Below are positions 18,009 through 27,187 of a stretch of 64,000 nt of DNA, one piece after another. Within the stretch, counting starts at the first letter, position 1. The number at the start of each line of letters is the position of its first letter. This stretch comes from Candidatus Eiseniibacteriota bacterium. GTDB lineage: Bacteria; Eisenbacteria; RBG-16-71-46. Location: contig CAVZLN010000003.1 of assembly GCA_963776245.1 (NCBI GenBank), positions 544,001 through 608,000 of the forward strand, written 5' to 3'. The notes beneath the pieces were generated by a model. That model had not been told where the DNA came from. It saw only the letters and a list, made by a program, of their open reading frames with translations, and made no database searches. Position numbers and translations under genes: made by a program.

Positions 18009-18728
18009 ATGATCACTTTCGAGCAGGTCTCCCGGCGCTTCGGCGAGCGCCTCGCCCTCGACGGCCTGTCGTGGACCATGCGCGAGGGCGAGTGCGTCGT
18101 CTTCCAGGGCCCGAGCGGCTCGGGCAAGACCACGCTGCTGAGGCTGATCACGCACGAGCTGACGCCCACCGCCGGCCGCGTCACCGTCGGCACGTTCTCC
18201 GGCGGCCCGCTCGCGCGGACCCAGCGCGCGCTCCTGCGCCGCACCCTCGGCATCGTCTACGAGGACTTCCGGCTGCTGAACGACCGCACGGTGTTCGAGA
18301 ACGTCGCGCTCGCGGTGCGCATCACCGGGCGCTCGAGCGACGACGAGGTGATCTCCCGGGTGCTCTACGCCCTCGAGGAGGTCGGCCTGCAGAACCGCCA
18401 GACGCAGTACCCGCACGAGCTGTCGGCCGGCGAGAAGCAGCGCGCCGCCATCGCCCGCGCGATCGTGAACCACCCCGCCGTGCTGCTCGCCGACGAGCCC
18501 ACCGGCGCGCTCGAGAAACACAGCGCGGACGAGGTGCTCGGCCTGCTCCGCCGCGTCCACCAGGAAGGGGCCGCGGTGCTGCTGGTGACCACGCGCCAGG
18601 ACGTCGCCGACCGCCTGCCCGGCCGCCTCCTGCGCCTCGAGGAGGGCCGCCTGATCGGCGGCGACGCCGACGCGGCGAGCGCGCCCCCTTCCGCCACCCC
18701 GGCGGCGGCGCCCGCCACGGAGGCCTGA
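18009..18728 (+). CDS. ftsE: Cell division ABC ATPase FtsE
   Basis: GPSGSGKT, LRRTLGIVYEDFRLL.DRTVFENVA, LSAGEKQR, LLADEPTG; precedes ftsX. Confidence 0.88.
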   Translation: MITFEQVSRRFGERLALDGLSWTMREGECVVFQGPSGSGKTTLLRLITHELTPTAGRVTVGTFSGGPLARTQRALLRRTLGIVYEDFRLLNDRTVFENVALAVRITGRSSDDEVISRVLYALEEVGLQNRQTQYPHELSAGEKQRAAIARAIVNHPAVLLADEPTGALEKHSADEVLGLLRRVHQEGAAVLLVTTRQDVADRLPGRLLRLEEGRLIGGDADAASAPPSATPAAAPATEA

Positions 18729-18730
18729 GC

Positions 18731-19588
18731 ATGCTGCTCTACCAGTGGCGCGAGGCCTGGCGCTCGTTCACCCACCATCGCGGGCTGGCCACCACCGCCG
18801 TCCTCGCGCTCGGGGCCGCGCTCACGCTGGCCGGGATGTTCCTGCTGGTGTCGTGGAACGCCGAGGTCGCGCTGCGCCTGATCGGGGACCGCCGCGAGAT
18901 GGTGGTCTACCTGCGCGACGACGTCGAGGTGGCCGCGCGCGACGCGCTGGTCGAGCGGCTCAAGCAGTTGTTCGGCACGGTCAGCGTCGTGACCAAGGAA
19001 CAGGCGTGGGACGACCTGGTGCAGCAGATCGGCGACCGCGAGCTGCTCGAGTCGGTGGACGAGAACCCGCTGCCCGCGTCGCTGCGCGTGCACCTCCGGC
19101 CGCAGCTGCTGAACGCCCCGGCCATGGAGGAGGCGGCGCGCCAGGTGAAGGCGTTCCCCGAGGTCGAGGACGTGCGTTACGGAGCCGAATGGGTGCGCCA
19201 GCTCGATCACCTCTCGGCGGCGCTCCATCGCGGCTCGGTCGCGGTCGGCAGCGTCGTGGCGCTGGCCTTCGTGTTCGTGCTCTACAACATCGTGCGCCTC
19301 ACCGTGCTCACCCGGCGCCGCGACCTCCAGATCATGCTGCGCCTCGGCGCCAGCGACCGTTTCATCGCCGCGCCGTTCCTGATCGAGGCCGTCTGGGTGG
19401 CGCTCATCGCGTCGGCGCTCGCGCTCGCCGCGCTGTTCGCGCTCCAGCGCGCGGTGGCGGTCCAGATCGCCGGGGTGGCGTTCCTGCCGTGGACGTGGGC
19501 CCTCGGCTTCGTCGGCGCGACCGTGCTGCTGGCATGGGCCACCGCCGCGCTCGCACTCTCGAGGGTCCTGCGAGCGGTCGGACCATGA
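18731..19588 (+). CDS. ftsX: Cell division permease FtsX
   Basis: VYLRDD, ENPLPAS, VEDVRYG, RRRDLQIM.RLGASDRFIAAPFLIE. Confidence 0.92.
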   Translation: MLLYQWREAWRSFTHHRGLATTAVLALGAALTLAGMFLLVSWNAEVALRLIGDRREMVVYLRDDVEVAARDALVERLKQLFGTVSVVTKEQAWDDLVQQIGDRELLESVDENPLPASLRVHLRPQLLNAPAMEEAARQVKAFPEVEDVRYGAEWVRQLDHLSAALHRGSVAVGSVVALAFVFVLYNIVRLTVLTRRRDLQIMLRLGASDRFIAAPFLIEAVWVALIASALALAALFALQRAVAVQIAGVAFLPWTWALGFVGATVLLAWATAALALSRVLRAVGP

Positions 19589-20838
19589 CCCCGCGGGCGC
19601 TGGCGCTCGCGGTCACGCTCACCGTGGCCGCGCTGGCCTCCGCGCCGTGGCACGCGGTGCCGCTCGCGAGGGCCCAGGCGCCCGAGGACTCCGCCGCCGC
19701 CGCGCGCCGCCTCGAGGAGGAGCGCCGGCTCGAGCAGCAGAAGCGCACCGAGCTCGACGCCATCCAGCGCCAGGCCCGCGAGAAGCGCGAGGCGGCCACG
19801 CGCCTGCGGGGCCAGGAGCGCTCGGCGGTCACCCAGCTGCGCCGCACCGAGAAGGACCTGACCGGCACGCGCAAGCGCCTGCGCACGCTCCATCAGCACC
19901 GGCAGAAGCTCGACCTGCAGCTCGAGGTGACGCAGGTCGACCTGCGCCGCAGCATCCTCACGCTCGAGCAGCAGCGCACCCGGCTCGCGAAGCGCCTGCG
20001 CTCCCTCTACAAGTACGGGGCCGGCCGCGAGCTGGAGTTCCTGCTCTCGACGCGCTCGTTCGGACAGCTGCTCGCGCGCTGGGACTACGTGGTCATGGTG
20101 GCCGAGCAGGACCGCCTGATGCTCGAGGAGTTCCGCGGCCAGAAGCAGGAGGTCGAGACCCACAAGGCCGCGCTCGAGAGCCACCTGCAGGATGTCGAGC
20201 GCACCGCCCAGAAGACCGCGCGGGAGAACGCGCGGCTCGCGCAGCTGCGCCAGCAGCGCGCGCAGACCGTGAGCCAGATCCAGTCGCAGCGCGAGGCCTA
20301 CGAGGCGGCGGCCGCGGAGCTCGAGCGCACCGCCAAGTCCATCCAGCGCCTGCTCGCCGCGCTCGAACGCAAGCGCAAGGAGGAGGCCGACCGCGCGCGC
20401 GCTTCGGGCCGGCCGGCCGAGCCCTACACCGGGGACTTCGCGCGCGGACGCGGCGCGCTCGACTGGCCGGTGAGCGGCGCCGTCATCGGGCGCTTCGGTC
20501 AGGAGAAGCACCCCAAGTACGACGTGTACACCGTCAACAATGGCATCGACATCGAGGTTCCCGTCGGCACCGCGGTGCGCGCGGTCGCCAAGGGGCGCGT
20601 GGACTTCGTGAGCGACGAGTACGGTTCGATGGGCGGGATGGTGGTCCTCAATCACGGGGACGGGTACTTCACGATCTACGGGCACCTCTCGGAGATCGGC
20701 CTCGCGGTCGGGCGCGAGGTCGCGGCCGGCGCGATCATCGGCCGCTCGGGCGAGATCGGCTCGCTCAAGGGCCCGAGCCTCCACTTCGAAGTGCGCAAGG
20801 GCATCACCTCGCTCGACCCCGAGGACTGGCTCCGGTAG
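19585..20838 (+). CDS. envC: EnvC-like murein hydrolase activator (coiled coil + M23/LytM)
   Basis: Long coiled coil, LDWPVSG, NNGIDI (first Zn-binding His replaced by Asn), YGHL, LHFEVR; follows ftsEX. Confidence 0.82.
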   Translation: MTPRALALAVTLTVAALASAPWHAVPLARAQAPEDSAAAARRLEEERRLEQQKRTELDAIQRQAREKREAATRLRGQERSAVTQLRRTEKDLTGTRKRLRTLHQHRQKLDLQLEVTQVDLRRSILTLEQQRTRLAKRLRSLYKYGAGRELEFLLSTRSFGQLLARWDYVVMVAEQDRLMLEEFRGQKQEVETHKAALESHLQDVERTAQKTARENARLAQLRQQRAQTVSQIQSQREAYEAAAAELERTAKSIQRLLAALERKRKEEADRARASGRPAEPYTGDFARGRGALDWPVSGAVIGRFGQEKHPKYDVYTVNNGIDIEVPVGTAVRAVAKGRVDFVSDEYGSMGGMVVLNHGDGYFTIYGHLSEIGLAVGREVAAGAIIGRSGEIGSLKGPSLHFEVRKGITSLDPEDWLR

Positions 20839-20870
20839 CTCCGCGGCGGGGCATGCTATCCTCGCGCGTC

Positions 20871-22079
20871 ATGCTGAACGCCCGTCTCTCTGATGTGCTC
20901 GGCCAGCCCGACGTCACCGCGTTCCTCCAGCACGTGGTGGCGGGCGGACGCCCCGGCAACGCCTACCTCTTCCACGGCCCGGCCGGCGTGGGCAAGGGCA
21001 CCGCCGCGCTGGCGTTCGCGCGCGCCCTGATGTGCGAGCATGGGGTGGCGCCGGCGCCCGCGGCGCCCGGCCTGTTCGACGCGGCGCCCGCGACCGCCGC
21101 TCCCGCGCCGGCGGACGACGCCTGCGGCGTGTGCTCGGCGTGCCTGAAGACCGGCGCGCTCCAGCATCCCGACCTCAAGCTCCTGTTCCCGGTCTCAGGC
21201 GAGGAGCGCGAGCTCGAGAAGACCATCGCCGAGATCCTCCAGAAGATGCGCGACGACCCCTTCTACGTCTTCTCGTACGACCGGGCCGCCTCGATCCGCA
21301 TGTCCATGACCCGGGACCTGCTGCGCGAGATGGGCTACAAGCCCTTCGAGTGCGCGCGCCGCGTGGTGGTGGTGCGCGACGCCGACCGCATGCGCGAGGA
21401 CCAGTACTCGGCGATGCTCAAGGCCATCGAGGAGCCGGGCGCCTCGACGGTATGGATCCTCACCACCGGACGGCTGGCGCGCCTGCCCGCCACCATCCGC
21501 TCGCGCTGCCAGCGCGTGCGCTTCGCGCCGTTGCCCGAGGCGCAGGTGCGGGGGTTCCTCGAGCGGCGCGCCGGGGTCGATCCGCCGGACGCGCGCATGT
21601 TCGCCGCGCTCGCGGGCGGGTCGCTGGCGCGCGCGCTGGCGCTGCGCGGCGAGGAGAACCCGCGCGAGCTGCGCGACCAGGCGCTCCAGCTGCTCGAGCC
21701 GGCGCTCGGGCAGGACCCCGCGGCGCTGTGGAAGTCCGCGCAGTCCCTCGGGCGCTACGGCAAGTCCGGGCGCGAGGCCCTGCGCCGCATGGCGGAGTTC
21801 CACATGCTGTGGCTGCGCGACCTGCTGCGCGCGCGCTACGACGTCCCGCGCGAGGGGCTGGTGAACCGCGACCGCGAGCCCCAGATCCGCGCCGCGGCCG
21901 CGCGCGTCGACGCCACGGAGATCCGGCGGCGGCTGATGGTGCTCGAGGAGATGCTCCGCGCCATCGAGGGCAACGTGACGCCGGAGCTGGCGCTGTTCTC
22001 CGGCCTCTGGCGCGTCGCGGGCAACCGCGTCGGGGAGGGCGAATGGCCGCGCCACTCGACCGCACGCTGGCGCTACTGA
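20871..22079 (+). CDS. holB: DNA polymerase III delta' subunit
   Basis: AYLFHGPAGVGK, C..C/C..C zinc cluster, HPD, LKAIEEP, TIRSRC; followed by PSP1. Confidence 0.9.
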   Translation: MLNARLSDVLGQPDVTAFLQHVVAGGRPGNAYLFHGPAGVGKGTAALAFARALMCEHGVAPAPAAPGLFDAAPATAAPAPADDACGVCSACLKTGALQHPDLKLLFPVSGEERELEKTIAEILQKMRDDPFYVFSYDRAASIRMSMTRDLLREMGYKPFECARRVVVVRDADRMREDQYSAMLKAIEEPGASTVWILTTGRLARLPATIRSRCQRVRFAPLPEAQVRGFLERRAGVDPPDARMFAALAGGSLARALALRGEENPRELRDQALQLLEPALGQDPAALWKSAQSLGRYGKSGREALRRMAEFHMLWLRDLLRARYDVPREGLVNRDREPQIRAAAARVDATEIRRRLMVLEEMLRAIEGNVTPELALFSGLWRVAGNRVGEGEWPRHSTARWRY

Positions 22080-22155
22080 TCCGCGCGCAGCGCCCGGGCC
22101 CGGCGCCCGCCGGACGCTCCTCCCCGGACCGCGGGGTCGCGGGTCGCGGGAGTCC

Positions 22156-22184
22156 GTGAAACCCGCCCCGGGCTGCGCTATGCT
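22156..22184 (+). promoter_or_regulatory. sigma70-like promoter GTGAAA-N17-TATGCT for the PSP1 gene
   Basis: Canonical spacing, about 150 nt upstream of ATG 22335. Confidence 0.5.
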
Positions 22185-22334
22185 GCCCGCCAGACGACCC
22201 GCCGCGACGCGGCGGGCTGCAGCCGATAGCCGAGCGCGGCACGTGCGTCGCCGCCCGGAACACCCGACGACCTGATCCGCCGGCCCCCCGAGGCCGGCTC
22301 GAGGAGCGGGCCGCACCGCTCCATAGAGGTTGCG

Positions 22335-23249
22335 ATGTCCGACATCATCCAGATCTCCCTGCGCGGCGCGCGCCGGGAGTTCTTCCTGAACTCCCGCCAT
22401 CTGTGGCTCGGGCTGCGTGACGCGGTCATCGTCCAGGGCGAGCACGGCGAGATGTCCGGTACCGTGTCGCTCAAGGACCCCGCGCTGGTCGCCCTCCACA
22501 AGCCCGGCAACGTGACGCGCGAGATCATCCGCAAGGCGACCGAGGAGGACCTCGACGCCATCGACCGCCGCCGCGCGCGCGAGGGCGAGGCCTTCGAGTA
22601 CTGCCGGCAGCGCATCGAGGTCCGGGAACTCAAGATGGAGCTGGTCGAGGTCGAGGACGCCTTCGGCGGGCACCGCATCACGTTCTACTTCACCGCCGAA
22701 CACCGCGTGGACTTCCGCGAACTGGTGCGCGATCTCGCGGCCCGCTTCCAGTGCCGCATCGAACTGCGACAGATCGGGGTGCGCGACTCCGCCAAGCGCA
22801 TGGACGGCTGCGGCCCCTGCGGGCGGGCGTTCTGTTGTTCGTCGTGGCTGAAGGACTTCCACCCCGTGACGCTCAAGATGGCGCGCGAGCAGCAGCTCTC
22901 GCTCAACCCCACCAAGATCTCGGGAGCGTGCGGGCGCCTGATGTGCTGCCTCTCCTACGAACTCGCGCAGTACCGCGAGAGCGCGGCGCGCCTGCCCGCG
23001 GTGGGCACCGAGCTGCGCACCGGGCAGGGCGTGATGCGGGTGATCCGCACCGAGTCCTACCAGGAGGCGGTGTGGGTGCGGGACAACGAGGGCGGCGAGC
23101 ACCGCATCGCCTACGCCGACCTGCCGCCAGGGCCGTATCGCAAGTGCGGCGACTGCGGCTGCGGCAAGCAGGGCGGTGGCAAGAAGACGGATGGCGACGC
23201 GCCCGACGCGCCCGCTGCGGGCGATGGGGCGACGCCGCCTGAATCGTGA
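22335..23249 (+). CDS. ricT: PSP1/RicT (YaaT)-family Fe-S protein
   Basis: FYFTAEHRVDFRELV, IELRQIGVRD, GPCGRAFCC, LSLNPTKISGACGRLMCCL. Confidence 0.9.
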   Translation: MSDIIQISLRGARREFFLNSRHLWLGLRDAVIVQGEHGEMSGTVSLKDPALVALHKPGNVTREIIRKATEEDLDAIDRRRAREGEAFEYCRQRIEVRELKMELVEVEDAFGGHRITFYFTAEHRVDFRELVRDLAARFQCRIELRQIGVRDSAKRMDGCGPCGRAFCCSSWLKDFHPVTLKMAREQQLSLNPTKISGACGRLMCCLSYELAQYRESAARLPAVGTELRTGQGVMRVIRTESYQEAVWVRDNEGGEHRIAYADLPPGPYRKCGDCGCGKQGGGKKTDGDAPDAPAAGDGATPPES

Positions 23250-23317
23250 CCGGCCGCGCAACCCGCGACGATCCGCCTCGCGACGGACCGCCGCGCATCC
23301 CACCCGGAGGTCCATCC

Positions 23318-24088
23318 ATGAACAACAGTCGCCGCAGGTTCATCCAGACGCTCGGCGCCGCGGGCGCCGCCGTCGCCGCGCAGGGCCTGGTCGCGCCCCT
23401 CTCCGGGGCCCTGGCGCCGGCCGGCGCGCAGGCGGGAGCACCGGCGGCGCCCGCCGCGCCAGCGCCGAGCGGGCCCTTCACGCTGCCCCCGCTCCCCTAC
23501 GCGCATGACGCGCTCGAGCCGCTGCTCGACGCGGCCACGATGGCGCTCCATCACGACAAGCACCACGCCGCGTACGTGAACAACCTCAACAAGGCGGTGG
23601 CCGGCAGGCCCGATCTCGCGGCGACGCGTCTCGAGGACCTGGTGCGCGGCTGGCGGGCGCTCCCGACCGAGGTCCAGGCGGCGGTGCGCAATCACGGCGG
23701 CGGGCACTTCAATCACTCCCTGCTGTGGCCGAGCCTCGCGCGGGACGGCGCGAAGGCCCCCGCCGGCGAACTGGCGGGCGCGGTGGACAAGGCCTTCGGA
23801 TCGTTCGGCGAGCTCCAGCGGAAGCTCGACGCCGCGGCGATGTCGGTGTTCGGCAGCGGGTGGGCATGGCTGGCGTGGAGCCGGAACGGCGGACTCGAGG
23901 TGCTCACCACGCCCAACCAGGACTGCCCGCTCACCGACGCGAAGAGCCCGCTGCTCGGCATCGACGTGTGGGAACACGCCTACTACCTCAAGTTCCAGAA
24001 CCGCCGGGCGGAGTACCTGGCCGCGTTCGCGCAGGTGGTGGACTGGAGCGTGGTGTCGGACCGCTATCGCGACGCGCGAAAGTCGTGA
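23318..24088 (+). CDS. Fe/Mn superoxide dismutase with a Tat signal peptide
   Basis: SRRRFI twin-arginine motif; LPPLPY, HHDKHHAAYV, NHGGGHFNH, FGSGWAWL, DVWEHAYY. Confidence 0.95.
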   Translation: MNNSRRRFIQTLGAAGAAVAAQGLVAPLSGALAPAGAQAGAPAAPAAPAPSGPFTLPPLPYAHDALEPLLDAATMALHHDKHHAAYVNNLNKAVAGRPDLAATRLEDLVRGWRALPTEVQAAVRNHGGGHFNHSLLWPSLARDGAKAPAGELAGAVDKAFGSFGELQRKLDAAAMSVFGSGWAWLAWSRNGGLEVLTTPNQDCPLTDAKSPLLGIDVWEHAYYLKFQNRRAEYLAAFAQVVDWSVVSDRYRDARKS

Positions 24089-24089
24089 G

Positions 24090-24488
24090 ATGAGCGGCTC
24101 GGCGCCGGTCGAGCGCCGACGGGTCTCGTCGGGCTCGCCCTACGAGCCCGCCATCGGCTTCAGCCGCGCCCTGCGCGTGGGCGATCGCGTGCTGGTCGCC
24201 GGCACCGCGCCGGTGTGGCCCGATGGCTCGTGCGATCCCGACCCCGCCGCGCAGGCGCGGCGCTGTTGCGAGCTCATCGTCGCCGCCCTGCGCGAGGCCG
24301 GGGCCGGGCCCGAGCACGTGGTGCGCACCCGCATCTTCCTGACCGCGGCCGCCGACTGGGAGGCGGTGGGCCGGGTCCACGGCGCCTGCTTCGGGGCCGC
24401 GCGCCCGGCCGCCACCATGGTGGTGGTGGCGGGGCTCCTCGACCCGCGCTGGCGGGTGGAGATCGAGGCGGAGGCGGTGGTGGGCTGA
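24090..24488 (+). CDS. RidA/YjgF family protein
   Basis: YEPAIGFSRA, VAGTAP, VVRTRIF, RPAATMV, VEIEAEA. Confidence 0.92.
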   Translation: MSGSAPVERRRVSSGSPYEPAIGFSRALRVGDRVLVAGTAPVWPDGSCDPDPAAQARRCCELIVAALREAGAGPEHVVRTRIFLTAAADWEAVGRVHGACFGAARPAATMVVVAGLLDPRWRVEIEAEAVVG

Positions 24489-24588
24489 CCGGCGCCCGGT
24501 CCCGCGGGCCCCTCGCGCCCGCGGGCCCCCCGGTGCCGGGCGGCGTTTCGGGTATACTCCGTCGCGCGTTTCGGACCCGGAGACTCCC

Positions 24589-26307
24589 TTGCCACGCCGC
24601 TTCTACATCACCACCGCCATCGACTACGTCAACGGGCGCCCGCATCTCGGGCATGCCTACGAGAAGGTGCTCGCGGACGCCCTCGCGCGCTTCCACCGCC
24701 AGCGCGGCGACCTGACGTTCTTCCTCACCGGCACCGACGAGCACGGCCAGAAGGTGGCGCGCGCCGCGGAGGCCGAGGGCAAGACGCCGAAGGAGTTCGT
24801 GGACCGGTACTCCGAGACCTTCAAGGCGGCGTGGCGCGCGCTCGGCATCGGTTACGATCACTTCATCCGCACCACCGACAAGCGCCACGAGCTCGCGGTG
24901 CAGGAGCTGTTCCGCCGGCTCAACGCCGCGCGCAGCCCCAAGACCGGCGAGCCGGTGCTGTTCGAGCAGGACTACGAGGGGCTCTACTGCGAGGGCTGCG
25001 AGGCCTTCAAGCAGGAGAAGGACCTGGTGGACGGGCGCTGCGAGCTGCACCCGTCGATGGCGGTCAAGAAGATCAAGGAGACGAACTTCTACTTCCGCCT
25101 CTCGGAGTACGACGAGGCCCTGCTCCAGCACATGAAGGCGCACCCCGAGTTCGTGCAGCCCGACTACCGCTTCAACGAAGTGCTGAGCGTCATCAAGTCG
25201 GGCCTCGAGGACGTGAGCTTCTCGCGCCCCAACCTCGCGTGGGGCATCCCGCTGCCCGAGGAGATCGAGGGCGGCGAGGGGCACGTCGCCTACGTGTGGG
25301 GCGACGCGCTGCTCAATTACCTCTCGGCGCTGGGATGGCCGGAGCGCAAGTACTCGCTGTGGTGGCTGGCCAAGGCGGCCGAGGCGGGCGGCCCGGGGGC
25401 GGCGCGCCAGGACGAGTTCGCCGAGCTCGACGGCCAGGGGCGCCCCGGCGCGGCGTGGGCCGGGACCGGCCAGCCCCTGTTCACCAACGCGTTCCACCTC
25501 ATCGGCAAGGACATCAGCCGCTTCCACTGCATCCTGTGGCCGGCGATGCTGCTCGCCGCCGGCGTCCCGCTGCCGCGCCAGGTGTACGTGCACGGGTTCA
25601 TCAACCTGCGCGGCATGCGCATGTCGAAGACCGAGGGCAACGTGCTCGAGCCGGTCGCGCTGGTCGAGTCCTTCGGCGCCGACGCGCTGCGCTTCTATCT
25701 GCTCGACGCCATCCCCACCGGGCGTGACGGCGAGTTCTCGATCGAGCAGCTGGTGGAGCACTGCAACACGCACCTCGCGAACAAGTTCGGCAACCTCGCC
25801 AGCCGCACGGTGACGCTGGTGCACAAGTATTTCGACGGGCAGACGCCTACCGAGTGGGCCCCCGGGGCGTTCACCGACACCGCCGTGCGCGAGGCCTTCG
25901 AGGCCATGCAGAAGATCGCCGCCGAATCGGCCATCGAGGTCCCGCGCGCGTACGCCGAGGTGCGGCTGCACGACGCGCTCCACCACGCCTGGCAGCTGGT
26001 CGAGCGAGCCAACGAGTTCGTCGACCGCGCGGAGCCGTGGAAGACGGGCAAGGACCCCGCGCGCCGCGACGAGCTCGGCACCACGCTCGCGGCGCTGCTC
26101 GAGACGCTGCGCCTGATGGCGCTGTGGGCGTGGCCCGCGATCCCCGGGAAGTGCGAGGAGCTGTGGACCGTGCTCGGCCTGCCCGGCACGCCCGGCAGCC
26201 CCGGCGAGAGCGCGGTCCCGCGCTACGCCGCGAGCCCGGCGCGGCCGCTGCGGCCGCCCACCATCCTGTTCCCGCGCATCGAGCTCAAGGCCGACGCCGG
26301 CGCGTGA
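24589..26307 (+). CDS. metG: Methionine--tRNA ligase (short form, no C-terminal Trbp domain)
   Basis: YITTAIDYVNGRPHLGHAY, GTDEHG, C..C knuckle, GKDISRFH, RMSKT; TTG start with GGAG; TATACT at 24553-24558. Confidence 0.96.
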   Translation: MPRRFYITTAIDYVNGRPHLGHAYEKVLADALARFHRQRGDLTFFLTGTDEHGQKVARAAEAEGKTPKEFVDRYSETFKAAWRALGIGYDHFIRTTDKRHELAVQELFRRLNAARSPKTGEPVLFEQDYEGLYCEGCEAFKQEKDLVDGRCELHPSMAVKKIKETNFYFRLSEYDEALLQHMKAHPEFVQPDYRFNEVLSVIKSGLEDVSFSRPNLAWGIPLPEEIEGGEGHVAYVWGDALLNYLSALGWPERKYSLWWLAKAAEAGGPGAARQDEFAELDGQGRPGAAWAGTGQPLFTNAFHLIGKDISRFHCILWPAMLLAAGVPLPRQVYVHGFINLRGMRMSKTEGNVLEPVALVESFGADALRFYLLDAIPTGRDGEFSIEQLVEHCNTHLANKFGNLASRTVTLVHKYFDGQTPTEWAPGAFTDTAVREAFEAMQKIAAESAIEVPRAYAEVRLHDALHHAWQLVERANEFVDRAEPWKTGKDPARRDELGTTLAALLETLRLMALWAWPAIPGKCEELWTVLGLPGTPGSPGESAVPRYAASPARPLRPPTILFPRIELKADAGA

Positions 26308-27119
26308 TCTCCACCGCGGGCATGATCGACACCCACTGTCACCTCGCCGACCGGCGGTTCGACAGGGACCGCGAGGAGGCGATCCAGCGCGCGCAGGCCG
26401 CCGGCGTCCGCGCGTTCGTCGAGATCGCCTACGCCCCCGGGATCGTGGAGCGGGCGCACGCGCTCGCGGCACGCCACCCGAACGTGTTCCTGTGCGTGGG
26501 CGTGCACCCGAGCGAGTCGGCCCGGGTGCCCGACGCCCACCTCGACACGCTCCGCGACCACGCCCGGCACCCGCGCGTGGTGGCGATCGGCGAGACCGGC
26601 CTCGACTTCCACCGCGACCACGCGTCGCGCGCGGACCAGGAGCGCTGGTTCCGCGCCCAACTCGCGCTCGCCGACGCGATGGGGCTGCCGGTCGTGATCC
26701 ACCAGCGCAGCGCGCTCGAGGACACCCTCGCCATCCTCGAGCAGGTGCGCCCGCAGGCGGGCGGCGTGCTCCACTGCTTCGACGACGGACCGGCCGCCGT
26801 CGAGCGCGCGCAGCGCCTCGGCTTCAAGCTCGGCCTCGGTGGCTGTCTGACCTACGCGCACGCAGCGCTCGACGAGGCGGTGGCCATGGCGCCGGCGGAC
26901 CTGCTGGTGCTCGAGACCGACTCGCCGTATCTCGAGCCGGAGCCGCGCTCGCTCCGCCGCAACGAGCCCGCGCTGCTCCCGCGCGTGGTGAGGCGCCTGT
27001 GCGAGATCCGGGGCTGGTCGGCCGCGGAGGCGGTCCGCATCACCACCGCCAACGCGCTCGACCTGTTCCGCCTGCCGCTCGGGCCCGGGCCGCTCGCGGC
27101 CCCGCTCGGCCCCGCGTAG
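26304..27119 (+). CDS. tatD: TatD-family hydrolase (alternative start ATG 26322)
   Basis: IDTHCH, GVHP, AIGETGLD, IHQR, VLHCF, LETDSPYL, RNEP. Confidence 0.93.
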   Translation: MISTAGMIDTHCHLADRRFDRDREEAIQRAQAAGVRAFVEIAYAPGIVERAHALAARHPNVFLCVGVHPSESARVPDAHLDTLRDHARHPRVVAIGETGLDFHRDHASRADQERWFRAQLALADAMGLPVVIHQRSALEDTLAILEQVRPQAGGVLHCFDDGPAAVERAQRLGFKLGLGGCLTYAHAALDEAVAMAPADLLVLETDSPYLEPEPRSLRRNEPALLPRVVRRLCEIRGWSAAEAVRITTANALDLFRLPLGPGPLAAPLGPA

Positions 27120-27187
27120 TCCCCCCGCACGCGGAGCGGCCGGCGCCGCTCAAGACCGCGTCGCGCCGGGCCGACAACCGGGGTGGA

